Origin: Phoronis australis | Lineage: Eukaryota; Animalia; Phoronida | Assembly (NCBI GenBank): GCA_002633005.1 | Contig: NMRA01000953.1 | Span: 25,741-89,740 of the forward strand | Reading direction: 5' to 3' | Length of the DNA: 64,000 nucleotides | Part shown: positions 63,444 through 64,000 of the stretch, piece after piece | Layout of the letters: the number at the start of each line of letters is the position of its first letter | How positions within the stretch are numbered: the stretch's first letter is position 1 | Made by a program: the position numbers and the translations under genes | Notes under the pieces: model-generated | Database searches by the model: none | Told to the model about the DNA's origin: nothing | The model's input: only the letters and a program-made list of their open reading frames with translations

Positions 63444-64000
63444 AAACGGCAAATTCAATAACAAGTACCAAGTGGGTACAAACTGCCAAATGGGCAAATA
63501 TCATATAAAGTACCAAGTGTGTACACTAAACAGCCAACTGGGCTATAACAACCTGCAAAGCAGGGTTCCGGACAAGCTGAGTTAGCAGACCAGCCGGAGT
63601 GATAAAAAGAGATATTGTAAGGAACGTGGTGTTGTGGCTCAGTTTGTGCTGAGAGATGTGACCGGGGTGAAAGAAGCAAGCTGCAGTGATGGATGCTCGA
63701 GTACAGGTCGTGTCCTTAGCCAATGACGTCGGATCTTGCCGGACGGTATTACGAGGTGGTGGCTTTTTCTCCCCTTGCCGCACCGTGGATGCAGGTGTGT
63801 TCAGAACTCGTTGACTAGTCTCGTACTTGTCTTGTTTTCAGTGTCCCTGTCGCATTACAATTAACGCTGTTTGCTGGTACTTCTAGATGGAGGGTTACGC
63901 AACCTAATCAGTAAACTCGTTGACGTCGTCAAAGGACTTCCTCGGAAACTGAAAGAAATAGTTGAGAACATTATTAAGTTTGCCAAGATCGTAAGTGATT
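63444..64000 (+). repeat. Apparently exact duplicate of 61032-61588 starting right after a single N (63443); includes a second copy of the start of exon 61475
   Basis: Offset 2412 bp; the duplicated ORFs in the track are identical (61043/63455, 61114/63526). Confidence 0.92.

Overview
Eukaryotic, intron-rich, AT-rich genomic DNA, most likely from a marine invertebrate (inference from gene content and the frequent TACATGTA motif). It is a draft assembly with N gaps and two haplotype-like duplications at single Ns. Manual GT-AG and phase tracing gives two large head-to-head genes. (1) Minus strand, 41047->21694: a complete 22-exon, phase-consistent gene of about 1670 aa for a secreted mosaic protein. 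Its layout is signal peptide, beta-rich region with an RSKR site, degenerate Hedgehog-N (Hedge)-like domain, ComEC/Rec2-type metallo-beta-lactamase fold, second Hedge domain, peptidase M15A-like domain, and a Cys-containing C-terminal domain with an RLRR site. It has no Hint/Hog domain, and most canonical zinc ligands are replaced in all four enzyme-like folds. (2) Plus strand, from 44243 and running off the window: a gene with 19+ exons (>=799 aa) for a secreted vitellogenin/MTP-like (LPD_N) large lipid-transfer-type protein. Also present are a signal-peptide + WSC-domain gene, a frameshifted FN3-like repeat pseudogene, a ~1.2-1.4 kb tandem repeat array, MITEs, tRNA-derived SINEs, a THAP remnant and microsatellites. 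Domain calls come from motif recognition by eye, not database searches.
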